Assembly (NCBI GenBank): GCA_030704615.1
Contig: CM060734.1
Coordinates: forward strand, 20,894,001 to 20,958,000
Direction: 5' to 3'
Origin: Takakia lepidozioides
Lineage: Eukaryota; Plantae; Bryophyta
Length of the DNA: 64,000 bases
This document shows, piece by piece, positions 1-11,369 of the stretch. Numbering within the stretch: the first letter of the stretch is position 1; every line of letters begins with the position of its first letter. The position numbers and the translations under genes were made by a program. The notes beneath the pieces were generated by a model. That model made no database searches and was not told the DNA's origin. It saw nothing but the letters and a program-made list of their open reading frames with translations.

Positions 1-290
1 ATAATAGGCATTCAACTTTTTGCCTCGGTTGTCCCACCATTCACTGGGGTCAACAAAATATTCATTCCACACCTTCTCCTCATGTCTGTTATCTGTTTTG
101 GATACTTTCCTGCTGCCACATCGGCAGTGACTTGTCATAGTCATTCCAAACCACCATAGATCCACCCAACGAGCTAACTTACAGAATTCAATATGCATCT
201 CAGGGCCGAGTCTGATGAGAGGGAAAAACAGGCTGAAATAGGTCGAAGAAGAAGGTGCCCTCACCACATTCTCCAAGGCCTCCATACCAC
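1..290 (-). pseudogene. OSB-type (organellar ssDNA-binding, PDF-motif) fragment with N-terminal leader
   Basis: Minus strand at 1-75 reads VWNEYFVDPSEWWDNRGKKLNAY, matching the W-x2-F/Y-F-x2-P-x2-WWDNR motif of OSB proteins. The flanking frame is disrupted. A paralogous copy lies at 12557-12860. Confidence 0.65.
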
Positions 291-1675
291 GCCCCTGATG
301 TGCACACCCTGCAAGCATCATGTTCCACATGATGAAAGATCGTTGAGGCATTCTGTTGAACACTTGGTGAGCATCCATGATGCTCCCGCACATAACATAC
401 ATGTGCACAAGGGTGTTGAGTAGTGAGTGTGCACCTGCTTTCCAGTTTCAAGGCCTTTCATCTTGATGCACTTATGCAAGAGACAGACATACATATCTGA
501 ATCTACTGAAATGCCTCCTTGGTTTAAAGTCAATAGAGCCTCTTTCAGTCTGCCTGCCTCACAAAGCATCTTCACATGCCCATAAGTGCCAGAAGAGCAT
601 TGTGGACTTCCTCTCTTGATCCTCTTCCAGAAGTTGTGGTCATGGTTGAGGTGCCTGATTTTATCAACTGTGCCGCTGCAGCTGCTGCCTTTGGCGATGC
701 AACCATGCACCTCTTTGCATCTGGTAATATGATAGGCATTCACCTTGGTACAATTCCAGCTCTGAAGATGTCGCAATGGACCTCTTTCCCCCTTTTGCAA
801 AGCTGCCAGGGCAGTGTTCAATTGACATTTGGTACAATTCCAGCTTTGATGATATCCCCATGCACCTCTTTGCCCTTCTCCAGGGCTGCCAGGCTTGCAC
901 AAGCATTGCAAATGCACACAAACATGATGTGCTTCCCCCATCATTTGCTCAATATAGGTAGGTCTCCAAAGCCTCCATCCCACGTCCCTGCCGTGCATAC
1001 CCTGCAAGTATCACACTCCACGACACCACATCTCGTTCAACCGTAGTGTCGAACACTCCCTTTGCATCCTAGATGCACCCACATTTTGCAAACATGTCCA
1101 CTAGGGTATTGTTCAGAATGACATCTGGTACAATTCCAGCTCTGAACATAGCTGGAATTGTACCAGATGTCTTCAAAGATGTCGCCATGCACCTCTTTCC
1201 CCTTTTGCAAAGCTGCCAGGGCAGTGTTCAGATTGACATTTGGCACAATTCCAGTTTTGATGATATCCCCATGCACCTCTTTACCCTTCTCCAGGGCTGC
1301 CAGGCTTGCACAAGCATTGCAAATGCACACAAACATGATGTGCTTCCCCCATCATTTGCTCAATATAGGTCTCCAAAGCCTCCATCCCACGTCCCTGCCG
1401 TGCATACCCTGCAAGCATCGCACTCCACGACACCACATCTCGTTCAGCCATAGTGTCGAACACTCCCTTTGCAAACATGTCCACCAGGGTATTGTTCATA
1501 ATGACATCTGGTACAATTCCAGCTCTGAAGATGTCGCCATGCACCTCTTTCCCCTTTTGCAAAGCTGCCAGGGCAGTGTTCAAATTAACATTTGGCACAA
1601 TTCCAGCTTTGATGATATCCCCATGCACCTCTTTGCCCTTCTCCAGGGCTGCCAGGCTTGCACAAGCATTGAGAA
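291..1675 (-). pseudogene. Mosaic of PLS-class PPR repeat fragments (about three rearranged tandem units)
   Basis: Peptides include LNACASLAALEKGKEVHGDIIKAGIVP, NNTLVDMFAKCG, VFDTMAERDVVSWSAMLAGYA and LCEAGRLKEALL...YVCLLHKC. Frameshifts and internal duplications are numerous. Confidence 0.9.
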
Positions 1676-2214
1676 CTGAACAACAACAATAGTACTCACC
1701 TGCTCCCATAGTCTAAGATTCAATGGATTGGACGACTAAGATTATGATTCCTTGCAGAAAGAAAATTTATGACTAGTTAATTTGACTATATTACCCCTCC
1801 CATACAAATATGAAGTATGTTGAGACTTTGTAACGGCTCAATATTTTGACATGCGGCTTTGTCTCTAGGTATTCCCATTGCAGTCTGGGAAGAGATGGAC
1901 AAGAAGTGCCACTCATTCAGGTCCCTATACCTGCACTTTATGCACGCTCTACTGTCTCACTTCCCCTGCCTTGTGCCCATATAAAGAAGGGCCCTCCAAT
2001 TTTGATAAACCCCAGCTTCTGTAGGAGCAGCTTATTGCATCCACAATATATAATGTCTTGTCTCCTTGCTCACCACTTACCCAGATTCTGCTCGCTTAGC
2101 AATATCACATGACCATCCCAATAGTCTTTACTACACCACAATCTAGGGGAGATTTGGATAGCTATACAGACATGCCACCAGCAAGTAATTGAATGGCAAG
2201 GAGAGTACAACTAA

Positions 2215-2490
2215 CTCGAGGTCGCCTTTGATGTGAGAGAAAAGACCCCGCTTTTGCAATGGGTACCATCGTGGAGGCTCTGGTTTGTTAGATACAGTGA
2301 TCACCGGAACTCTGACCCTTCCAAAGAAACTGCTCCGCCTGCCCATGGCACTATTTCGTTCATTCTGTATGTTGGTCTCCAGTTCTCCAGGCATTGAAGG
2401 ATCGGGGATGATAAATTCAAACTGCACAAGCAAGTGCATGTAAATCCAAACCGACAGGGGATACTCTAGCCATGCGCAGCACTGGTTCAT
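2215..2490 (-). pseudogene. C2-domain fragment of an MCTP (FTIP/QUIRKY-like) gene
   Basis: QFEFIIPDPSMPGELETNIQNER...FFGRVRVP...WYPLQKRGLFSHIKGDLEL resembles the first C2 domain of plant MCTPs (FLGRV...YPLEKRG/KS-FSxIKGELGL). Confidence 0.7.
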
Positions 2491-2714
2491 GCCCAAAGGA
2501 TTCAACCGCCCATATTGAGGATGAGCATGCCAAGGTTTTTCAACACGTGTAATGCTTTAAAATAGAAAAGGCATTTTGTGGCCATCCAAAGCTTGCTCTT
2601 CGAAAAGAAACTCGTGTTGTTGAAGGAAACAAGCTTATCTAAGGCATCAAGATGAATGCAGCGAGTTCATTTACCCATGGAGCATTCGACCGACATCAAC
2701 CCAAAACGACCTCG

Positions 2715-3110
2715 AGTGTGTTGCTTGTGTCTGTCAGGTAACGTCGGTTTGGTCTGTGAGAACCACCACGTTGCAGCTGAGCAGGCAAAGATTGAAACAC
2801 GACCTGCTAAGACCATCGTGAAGGATCTGTAAAAACTCATGCCAGAGATCCGTGCTGCAAATTCAGGGTCGAGTCTGAACCCTAATGCAAAACAGGCTGA
2901 AATAGGTCGAAGAAGAAGGTGCCCTCACCACATTGTCCTCTACCTTGTGTCATGACCCATGGAGGATTAGACTGACCATGAACCCAAGAAGACCTCTTCT
3001 GTGTGCTGCTTGTATCTGTAGTCGGGTAATGTGGGATTGGTCCGTGAGAACCACCACGGTGCAGCTGAGCGGGCAGAGATTAAAATACGGGCTGCTAAGA
3101 CCAAGCTGAT
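2715..3110. repeat. Short direct duplications of the PPR/OSB leader region
   Basis: 2720-2812 is repeated at 3003-3102 (TGTATCTGT...GAGAACCACCACG...GCTAAGACCA). 2888-2933 (AAAACAGGCTGAAATAGGTCGAAGAAGAAGGTGCCCTCACCACATT) repeats 225-270. Confidence 0.75.
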
Positions 3111-4088
3111 TCTCCCAAGAACCTTGTAATCATCATGAAGAATACCAAATGATGGTACTAAGGGGAGCCAAGAGCCCACATTTGCACATAATGCGCCCCT
3201 GATGCCATAAACGCTTGCAACAACAGGACATGGGCCTCGATTTGGTCTTCGTCCCTCCCGCATCACTTGCTCATCTCTCTCCCAAGCCTCCATCCCTCTC
3301 CCAACACTTAGACCAATTCAGGCAAAGGACAAAATTAGTCTTCAACCCTTAGATCATTTTACATCCAACGATTAGAACAATCTCTATGAGCCACACAAGC
3401 CCTAAAATACATTAAAATATTCCACGTCATGAGCCATGTGGAGCACTTACAAAAATTCCATTTTTGAATACGGTGTGCAATGAATGCCTAGTTGTTAAGA
3501 GTCGTTCTCTAGTGCTTAAAACCACTTGTAATTGCCGTTTTAAAAAAAAAAATCAATTTACGTAATTGAATTGAATCGCCGCGAATATTGCGCCGACTAC
3601 GGAGTCATTGACGCAACTTCTATCCACCATTACAAATGCCTCCGTGAGCCGAAATTGTCCGTTACGACTGTGCAGTAGTAACAAACATCTCGAAGTTGAT
3701 CCCTTCAGTGGTTTCGGACATGCAGTCGATTCGGAAAAAGACACGAATGCTTGTTGTGAGAAGAGGGCTGGGAGGATTTTCCGGAAGAGTTCAGGTGGCC
3801 GATGGTGAGATGCAAAAAATTCGTGTAATGGTACCACATCAATCGATTGTGGCATAGACATAAGCATGACGTGCAAACCAGAAACAATTACGCAGAGTCC
3901 AGGTTTTGCACGAACTTGCATTTCCAGCATAGGGCGAATGAGGTGCATTGCACGTTGTGGGGTCAACCTCTCTTAAAGGGCCAAATCCCGTGTACACCTT
4001 CGTAGCCATGTTGTACGTTGAGGTGATACTGTTGCGTCCAGTGAATTGACAAACTGCTAGTAGGAGGAACGCAACGATGTAATACCAT

Positions 4089-5935
4089 TTGGACGACATC
4101 CCTGACACGTTTGGAACACCCCAGGCTATGATACTGGGCGTTCCCGAGGCACCGGTGCAACATCCGGCTGGAACATTAGAGGAACAACTGGCGGAAAGAG
4201 ACCGGCGAATCAAGACCCCGGAGGACCTTGTGGAATGGCAAAGACTGCGCATAGCGGAATTGGAGGGTAGATTTCAAGACATGCCTCCAAACAATGAAGG
4301 CACTGTTGTCCACAATGAGGTTGGAACGAACAACGTGGACATGGCCGGGGAGTTTACAATGCCCGAGCGCAGTATTGACCACATCATTCACGGAATTACG
4401 GACGTCATTGACCCTGCGGCCGATGAAACCATGGTTGAGGAATAGCGAATTGCGGATGAGAGAAGGAGAAAAGGAAAAGAACCAGTACTGGAAACCGGGG
4501 AATGCTCGAGGGTCACCATTCAATCCGATATCAATCCGATATCTGATGTCGATCGCGTTACAATGGAGCGGGACATTGTCATGGCAACTGCATGGCGCTT
4601 GTCAAAAGCATTGGAGATTCGGGCATGGGTTCGATTGAATGGCGATTGGGAGAATTGGGTACAATGGGCGACCCACCTGGCCTCCAGAGAAGCACGGGTA
4701 GAGCGGGCACTGTCAACCTTGCAACGTGTCGCATGTATGTCAAACCGCAGCGGGGATAGCATTTATGACAACATGCAAAGGTATAACGATCTCCACCGTG
4801 CATGAAGCATGTTCACCGGATTTACGAACAGGGCAGATGTGGAGTCTATGTTCGGTCAATGTGAGCACATAATTTTGAGATCAAACAGAAGCATAAACTG
4901 GGAATTAATAGAGGAGGAGTGGGACACCACAACAAGGATGAGCAGCCATATCAACGCGGCCGAAAGGGAGGAGATATCACGAGGCGTTTTGCCATCATGG
5001 ATATCAGATGGCACAATTTGTTCGATGTGCATGAATCTTTATGGCCCAGAGGGATGTCATGTGCTTGGATCATGTGAACATATGTTCCATCCCACGTGTC
5101 TTATCGTCACATCCTTGCGGATGGCCGCTTGCCCAGAATGTCGTGCACCAATCCATCGCCGTTTCTATGAGTTGATGGGCTTGGAGGATATTATGCCGAC
5201 AGGTTTTGAATACAATCGGCACAACCTCCCATTGGATGGGCACCCATTTACATTTCTCAATTGTGTGCATTGGGGAAAAAACTTGTTGTGGGATGCACCC
5301 AGAGGAATGCATAACATACATGCCGCAACCCGGAAGACGTTAGATCACCCCAATATTTCTAGGTCACATCTGACTGGGAGATAACGGTACGTACGGGAGG
5401 CATTGCCAATTGATGGGAGAGAGAGCATTTTTGCCGCAATTGGGGAGGGCATTGGAGTCAGAGAAGGGCGAGGTTTTTCCGGCTCCCACAGGTTCTATGG
5501 GTGCCGGAACAGACCGAATTGAACCGAGAACCGATTGGGAGACATTTGTTGCTGTCCAAAGTGGAAGACGCTATAATATGTCAACGCCAAATGAATGAGG
5601 CGTACGAGGCGGCTTATCGTCGGGACGACACAATGATTAGGGACCGGGCCCGCGAGAGGGTGTTGGAAACTTTCAAGGGTACCATCAAGGCAGTTGTAGA
5701 GGAATGGAAGCGACTATGGATAGATTGTTTTCATCGTGTTTCGGGGGCTCTGTTGCCGGATGTGGACGGCCTCGTTGCCGCTTTGCATGCAGCCCGAGCA
5801 CTTGCCGAAGATCGGCCTTCGCCACGTCGTGAGAGTCTTAAAGAAAGCCAACTTTCATCGGAAAGTAGGCGGATGCTGGCCAACATTGATCACATCTCAT
5901 TGGGCCCCTCATTGACCATGAGATCACGGTCCTAG
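4089..5935 (+). pseudogene. Intronless ~600-aa RING-H2 finger protein, disrupted; probably TE cargo
   Basis: ORFs 4089, 4563 and 4809 share one frame, separated only by TAG/TGA stops. RING-H2 motif: CSMC-x15-CEHMFHPTC-x10-CPEC. After a frameshift it continues REHFCRNWGGHWSQRRARFFR into ORF 5501-5935. Confidence 0.7.
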
Positions 5936-6527
5936 GCTCTCCGTATTGGCAGTGCAAATCAGGCCACATCATCACATCCCTTGTCCCCTTCATCAACATC
6001 AAGTGAAGACTAGGATTTGAATGACTAGCAACGTAGTACATAAACAATGTGGATTTTTGTTGTACCTTGAATTTCTGGAACACACTGATAGCAATCCGTC
6101 AATTTTGTATATGCACGAATTTTGTTAATACGCATGTGCGGCACCTACCAATTTCAATTGCAGGAACAACGTTTTCTTCACCTTTTCACTCATGTGATGG
6201 GGAAGAAGTGGTTCACCTTGCAAACAAATTTACAATGGTTTCATATTTGGTCATGACGTGTATGTGGGTATCTGCAATCAACTCGAAAAGTTTCAGAACA
6301 AGGAAAATTGATATGAACCAATGATCAACATACCCACAAAGTTCTCGAACCACAAAATAATTCATGTGGATGGGGAACTTTTGACCTCGTATTTGTCTGG
6401 GACCTATGAGACGGTCCACAAAACATACTGCCCAAGTTTCAAAGCAAACAAAAACCATTTGGACGGGCAACCATCCGTTGGCCCATTCAACAAATTTCGA
6501 TTGATCTCATATTACTCAAGGACCTGT

Positions 6528-6530
<3 letters not shown>

Positions 6531-6566
<36 letters not shown>

Positions 6567-6610
6567 CCGGCCGAGGCCGGCGTAACTAAGAGCCACTTTG
6601 CCTTGCGGCG
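6531..6610 (-). mobile_element. 80-bp 5'-truncated (TC)n-tailed retroposon with 11-bp TSD
   Basis: Flanked by GGACCTGTCAG at 6520-6530 and 6611-6621. The (GA)n run at 6532-6560 is the tail. The body is the reverse complement of 7240-7300. Confidence 0.75.
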
Positions 6611-7211
6611 GGACCTGTCAGATGGTACATTGAACATGCTGGGAAAGTACATGCGTACTATTGGAGACTACATCCTCGCCCCCCATTTAAAGTAAAAAAT
6701 GCCATGCTCGAGCGAACCAAAATCATTTGGATGGGCAACCATCCGTTCAGCCATTGAACAAATTTTGATTGATCTCATATTACTCTCGGATCTCTTAGAT
6801 GGTACATTGAACATACTGGGAAAATCTCAAAGCGAACCCAAATCATTTGGATGGGCAACCATCTGTTGAGCCATTGAATGAATTTTGATTGATCTCATAT
6901 TAAGTCCAGGACCTATGAAAGGGTGTACCGAACGTACTGGCAAAGTTTCATAGCAAACAAAAGTCATTTGGATGGGCAACCATCCGTTGACCCGTTCAAT
7001 GAATTCCGTTTATCTGCTATTACTTTGGGACCTGTTGGACTGCGTTTCGCGTGCACATGATTTTTTTTTTATTCTGTTTTTGAGCCGTATGCGTAATGAA
7101 GGCATATGCAACGTGCGTACCACATTTGGAAGTGACCAAAATTCATTTGGACCCAAAACCACAGTTTGTTCTCTCTTTTGCACTCTACACTTGATTTGTC
7201 TTTTACTTCAT

Positions 7212-7301
7212 AGGCCCCACTCCCGAAAGGGGGCAGTAGCCGTAAGACAAAGTGGCTCTTAGATACGCCGGCTTTGGCCGGAGTCTTCTCTCTCTCTCTT
7301 C
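7212..7301 (+). mobile_element. 90-bp (TC)n-tailed retroposon with 8-bp TSD
   Basis: Flanked by TACTTCAT at 7204-7211 and 7302-7309. Ends ...GCCGGCTTTGGCCGGAGTCTTCTCTCTCTCTCT. Same family as 6531-6610. Confidence 0.7.
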
Positions 7302-8649
7302 TACTTCATGCACTCTTCATAGAGAGTTCTGCAATAGTGAGCGAGTATAACACATTTTATTTTATTTATTTATTTTCATTGTTTGGTTTCAAATTTTTGC
7401 ACTGATGTAGCGGTGCAAGGGTTGAAGCCACAAAACAAAATTGAGCCAAAAATAAAATCATTACCTAGCAGAAACCCCCAATCAAAGGCAGTGTAAACCT
7501 AATTATTTGCTTGAAATTCAATTCAATTCAATTCAATTCTAAATTGGTTGAGGGGTGAGCGCGTCGATGGGGAGGCAAATGTTTTTTGCTTTTGTTGTAT
7601 CTCCGCACATGTGTCGCACACATATTCAAGCACATGCGGGCAAAAATTGGGCTTCAACCACATCTGTTCAATGGGTGCAATAGCCGTTCACCCATGACGA
7701 TTTCTTTTTCGCAATGAACAATATTGGATGACAGGTGAACGCCTCATTGGCCCATTGAACAAATTTCGATTGATCTCATATTACTTTGGGACCTGTCAAA
7801 TGGTACATTGAACATACTGCCCAAGTCTCAAAGCGAACAAAAACCATTTGGATGGGCAACCATCCGTTCAGCCATTGAACGAATTTCGATTGATCTCATA
7901 TTACTCTGGGACCCTTAGATGGTACATTGAACATAATGGGAAAATCTCAAAGCGAACCAAAATCATTTGGATGGGCAACCATCCGTCGAGCCATTGAATG
8001 AATTTCGATTGACCTCATATTAGTCCGGGACCTGATACATGGTATGTTGAACATAGTGACAAAGTTCAAAAGCAAACAAAAATCATTTGGATGCTCAACC
8101 ATTTGATCGCCCAATGAATGAATTTTGTTCCATGTCTTATGAGACCGGGACCTAATACATGGTATGTTTAACATACTGACAAAGTTTGAAAAGAAACAAA
8201 AATCATTTGGATGCTCAACCATTCGATCGCCCATTGAATGAATTTTGTTTCTTCTTATATTGGACCGGGACCTATTACATGGTATGTTGAAAGTACTGGA
8301 AAAGTTTGAAAGCAAACAGAAATCATTTAGATGGTCAACCATTCGATCGCCCATTGAATGAATTTCGTTTCATCTCATATTAGACCGGGACCTGTTACAC
8401 GGTATGTTGAACGTACTGGCAAAGTTTGAAAGCAAACAAAAATCATTTGGATGGTCAACCATTTGATCGCCCATTGAATGGATTTTGTTTCATCTCATAT
8501 TAGACTGGGACTTGTTACATGGTATGTTGAACATACTGGCAAAGTTTGAAAGCAAACAAAAATCATTTGGATGGTCAACCATTCGATCGCCCATTGAATG
8601 ATTTGATTGCCCATTGATCAAGCTCCTTCCATGTGTACCTTGCCTTTTG

Positions 8650-8955
8650 AAGCTCTTTTTGTAGTGTCTCCTGCTTTGTAATGCGGTGCTTTTCCATGTC
8701 CACTTTCTCCAATGCGTTGATGTTCTCCACCCAGAACAGATCCACACATGTGTACAGAAATCCTTAAAAAAACAAATGACCATGAAAACTTTTGCAAGCC
8801 TCATCCCCAACTTCAACTTTGGATGGTCATTTGGTTTTTTAAGGATTTCTCCACACATGTGAAAATCTATTCCAGGTGGAGAATATCAACACATTGGAAA
8901 AATAAGAGCTGGAGAAGTACCTCATTACGAAGCAAAAGACATTATAGAATACCTT
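8650..8955. repeat. Imperfect inverted repeat (fold-back), arms ~140 bp
   Basis: CACATGTGTACAGAAATCCTTAAAAAAACAAATGACCAT (8745-8783) pairs with ATGGTCATTTGGTTTTTTAAGGATTTCTCCACACATGTG (8823-8861). Pairing continues outward with mismatches to about 8650 and 8955. Confidence 0.85.
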
Positions 8956-9059
8956 AACATGTTGAACATTTGGATGATGAACCATTTCGTTCGTCACTTG
9001 AAGCGCTTCTGAAATGATCACATGTTTGTTGGTGCAAGTTAATGCGTCCTCGTCTGCCA

Positions 9060-10100
9060 ATCATGTCTCCCCCCTAGGCCACAGTGATCTTGTGGCTTTC
9101 CCCGGACCCAGCACTCTCGCTACCCAGCGATTACTGCATATTCTATGCGAATCCGAGAACCACCCTCCGATGCACATAGGCTCTCTTTGTGCTGAGCTAC
9201 GTAGAGACATCACTATGTACACCATCGGAGTTTTTCTGCTGGGCCTCAGTACCCCAACGGGGATCTCCTTGCAAGGGGACGCATCCAAGAGGCGACATTC
9301 CTGCTCCAAGTACAACACTGCCCCCATCGGATGGCGTGAAAACGTGACCTACTTGGTACCCCTCCCGTTTCGTGCGTTGCAAGCGCCTTCAGATGATCTT
9401 ACACCGACCCCTGCCATCCCCCGACTATGGGTTTCATGCACTCGCGATTGGAGGCTCCACCAGCTGTTGGGCGGCCGCAAGGCAAGCTGTTGGATACTCG
9501 GCAACGCACATGTAGGCTTCATATGGTGGGCAACCTCCCCACCAACCGACCTGATCAGCGGGCCTCCACCAATAATACATACCGGTACCATTGCTTTGCA
9601 CCAGCAACCCGTTCGCACGCTACCTCTGCCCCGCCCTCCCCTCACTGTTACCAGGTGTTATTATTCCACACCCTCTCTCATTTTGTTTCCCCCCGTACCA
9701 AGTACTCTACCTCTCTGGAATCGCGCTTCTCTGTCCCCCCCCCCCCAGCTATAACAGTGATCTGCTCCTTCCTCAACCATCCTCTCACAATGTCCACTCA
9801 GATGATACACGTCAATCATGCTTACCTAGGGAAACTCCCATGTTGTATACTATCGATGCGCATCTACTTCCTGGAGATCACCCACAGTTGCTTTGCTAGG
9901 CACCTTTGGACACAAATTCACCACTCCCACACTATCGACTACTATTGTAGATTCCCTCTCTTAACTCAATCTTCTTGGCATGCCCCACTTACATCTGTTT
10001 TGGATGGCAGTCCTCAGGCACCAGCTCTCTTGCTACCAGGCAAAATATGTGGAACGCGGCCTATATACAGGAAGCTCTATCCATGCGGTGCTCCTCCCTA
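9060..10100 (+). mobile_element. Highly decayed LINE-like ORF2 C-terminal remnant
   Basis: Only faint motifs survive: VTYLVPLPF (cf. VxYLGxP), WRLHQLLGGR (cf. W-x-L-x-AGR) and THSCFARHLW (cf. zf-RVT HxxxCxFAxxxW). The sense strand is C-rich. Confidence 0.3.
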
Positions 10101-11369
10101 ACTACCCGGAATGATTTGACCGTATCAGCACCTACACCCTGCCAGATCAACTCTTCCCCACATTGTCTCTCCTGGCTCCAACACTCTGGATCAGCACCTG
10201 ACACCAGCCCCAAATCGGGATGTATACTCATACACCAAAGGTACACTCCCGCATACTCCTTGCGGCGCAAGATTCCAGGTACCTCTCACCCTCCACCAAT
10301 AGCTTACATGCTGTCACTCTCACTCAACCCCCCTACTCTGTCTCTCCTATCCTCTAATCATGCTAAGTTTGCCCATGATTCCATCAGTGGTGTCGGCACA
10401 GCCCCACCCCAATCCCTTGTTTGATCCCCATCAGCTAGCTAGGCACCCCCTCATTGGATCTAAGAGTTAGGCATTCTCACTTCTAGAGGCCCTCCCCCCA
10501 CTGCTCTAGTAGGCCTCCCTCCTACAGTGCTCTCCACACCATCCCAACACCGCTACATCTTACACATGGTACACACCGTTGGGGCTTACACAGCCCAAAT
10601 TTCTCTCCCCGGCCCCCTATATGTCATGTTCCTCCTACGTGCTTACTCATGTTGCATCTGGCCCAAAGCTAACCATGTGCATCTGTTATGTTTTGTAGTG
10701 ATTGTCTTAGATAGCTCTACCTCCCCCCCAACCGACACATTCCAAGAGCGGGTTTACCCCCTCACGTGACTGCCACCCCCAGCAGAGACACCCTTATATT
10801 AATTGTACTAAATATTCATGTAGATGTAAGTAGGTTGTGCATATCTTTCCTGAGGAGGATCTTCACCCGCGGACCTGCTGATTACTGCTCACAACGACAA
10901 CGAAGTTCACACCACTACGTGAGTGCGATGGGTCATGGTCTGATTTGTTTTGTAATGACTCTTACCTCCCAGCACCCACTCAGTATAAGCCACCCCGTTG
11001 TGGCCTATCCCTCTAATGCAAATTGCACTATATACACTCTGTTTATCACATACTCTTTCTCTCTGCTTGCTCCGTGTTCAGATCCCCTCCACCCATAGCT
11101 GCACTTATGAACACGTCATATTGTCATTATTATGCTGCTTGTCAAAGAAACCACATATGGTATCCCTCAAATGACTGGCTATGCTACATCCCCCGCCCAT
11201 TTATCAGTGATACTCCAGACGGTGGGTTGCATGGGGCCATTGCTTCCCTCTCCCACCAGCACTCTCCTCCCACTACAACAGATCCCGGTTTTTACGTCTG
11301 CTATTTTCCAGTCGTATCAGCCTTTTATGACTGCATGACTGCCCAGTCAGATAAACCCAGTCAGTTGTG

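Larger units (their letters stand above)
6390..8600. repeat. ~120-bp tandem repeat array in two blocks (~6390-7040 and ~7720-8600)
   Basis: The unit AATCATTTGGATGG(G/T)CAACCAT...CCATTGAA...GATCTCATATTA...GGACCT...GGTA(C/T)(A/G)TTGAACATACTG...AAAG(T/C)TT..AAAGC recurs at 120-bp spacing (e.g. 7961, 8081, 8201, 8321, 8441, 8561). Confidence 0.92.

Noticed and set aside
205-245. CTGATGA...GAAA resembling a hammerhead ribozyme core
   Set aside because: Stem II does not pair, and the homologous copy at 2866-2905 lacks CTGATGA.
7947-8354. ORF with repeated MV(D/E)HPNDFC peptides
   Set aside because: It is a by-product of the 120-bp repeat; neighbouring units contain stops.
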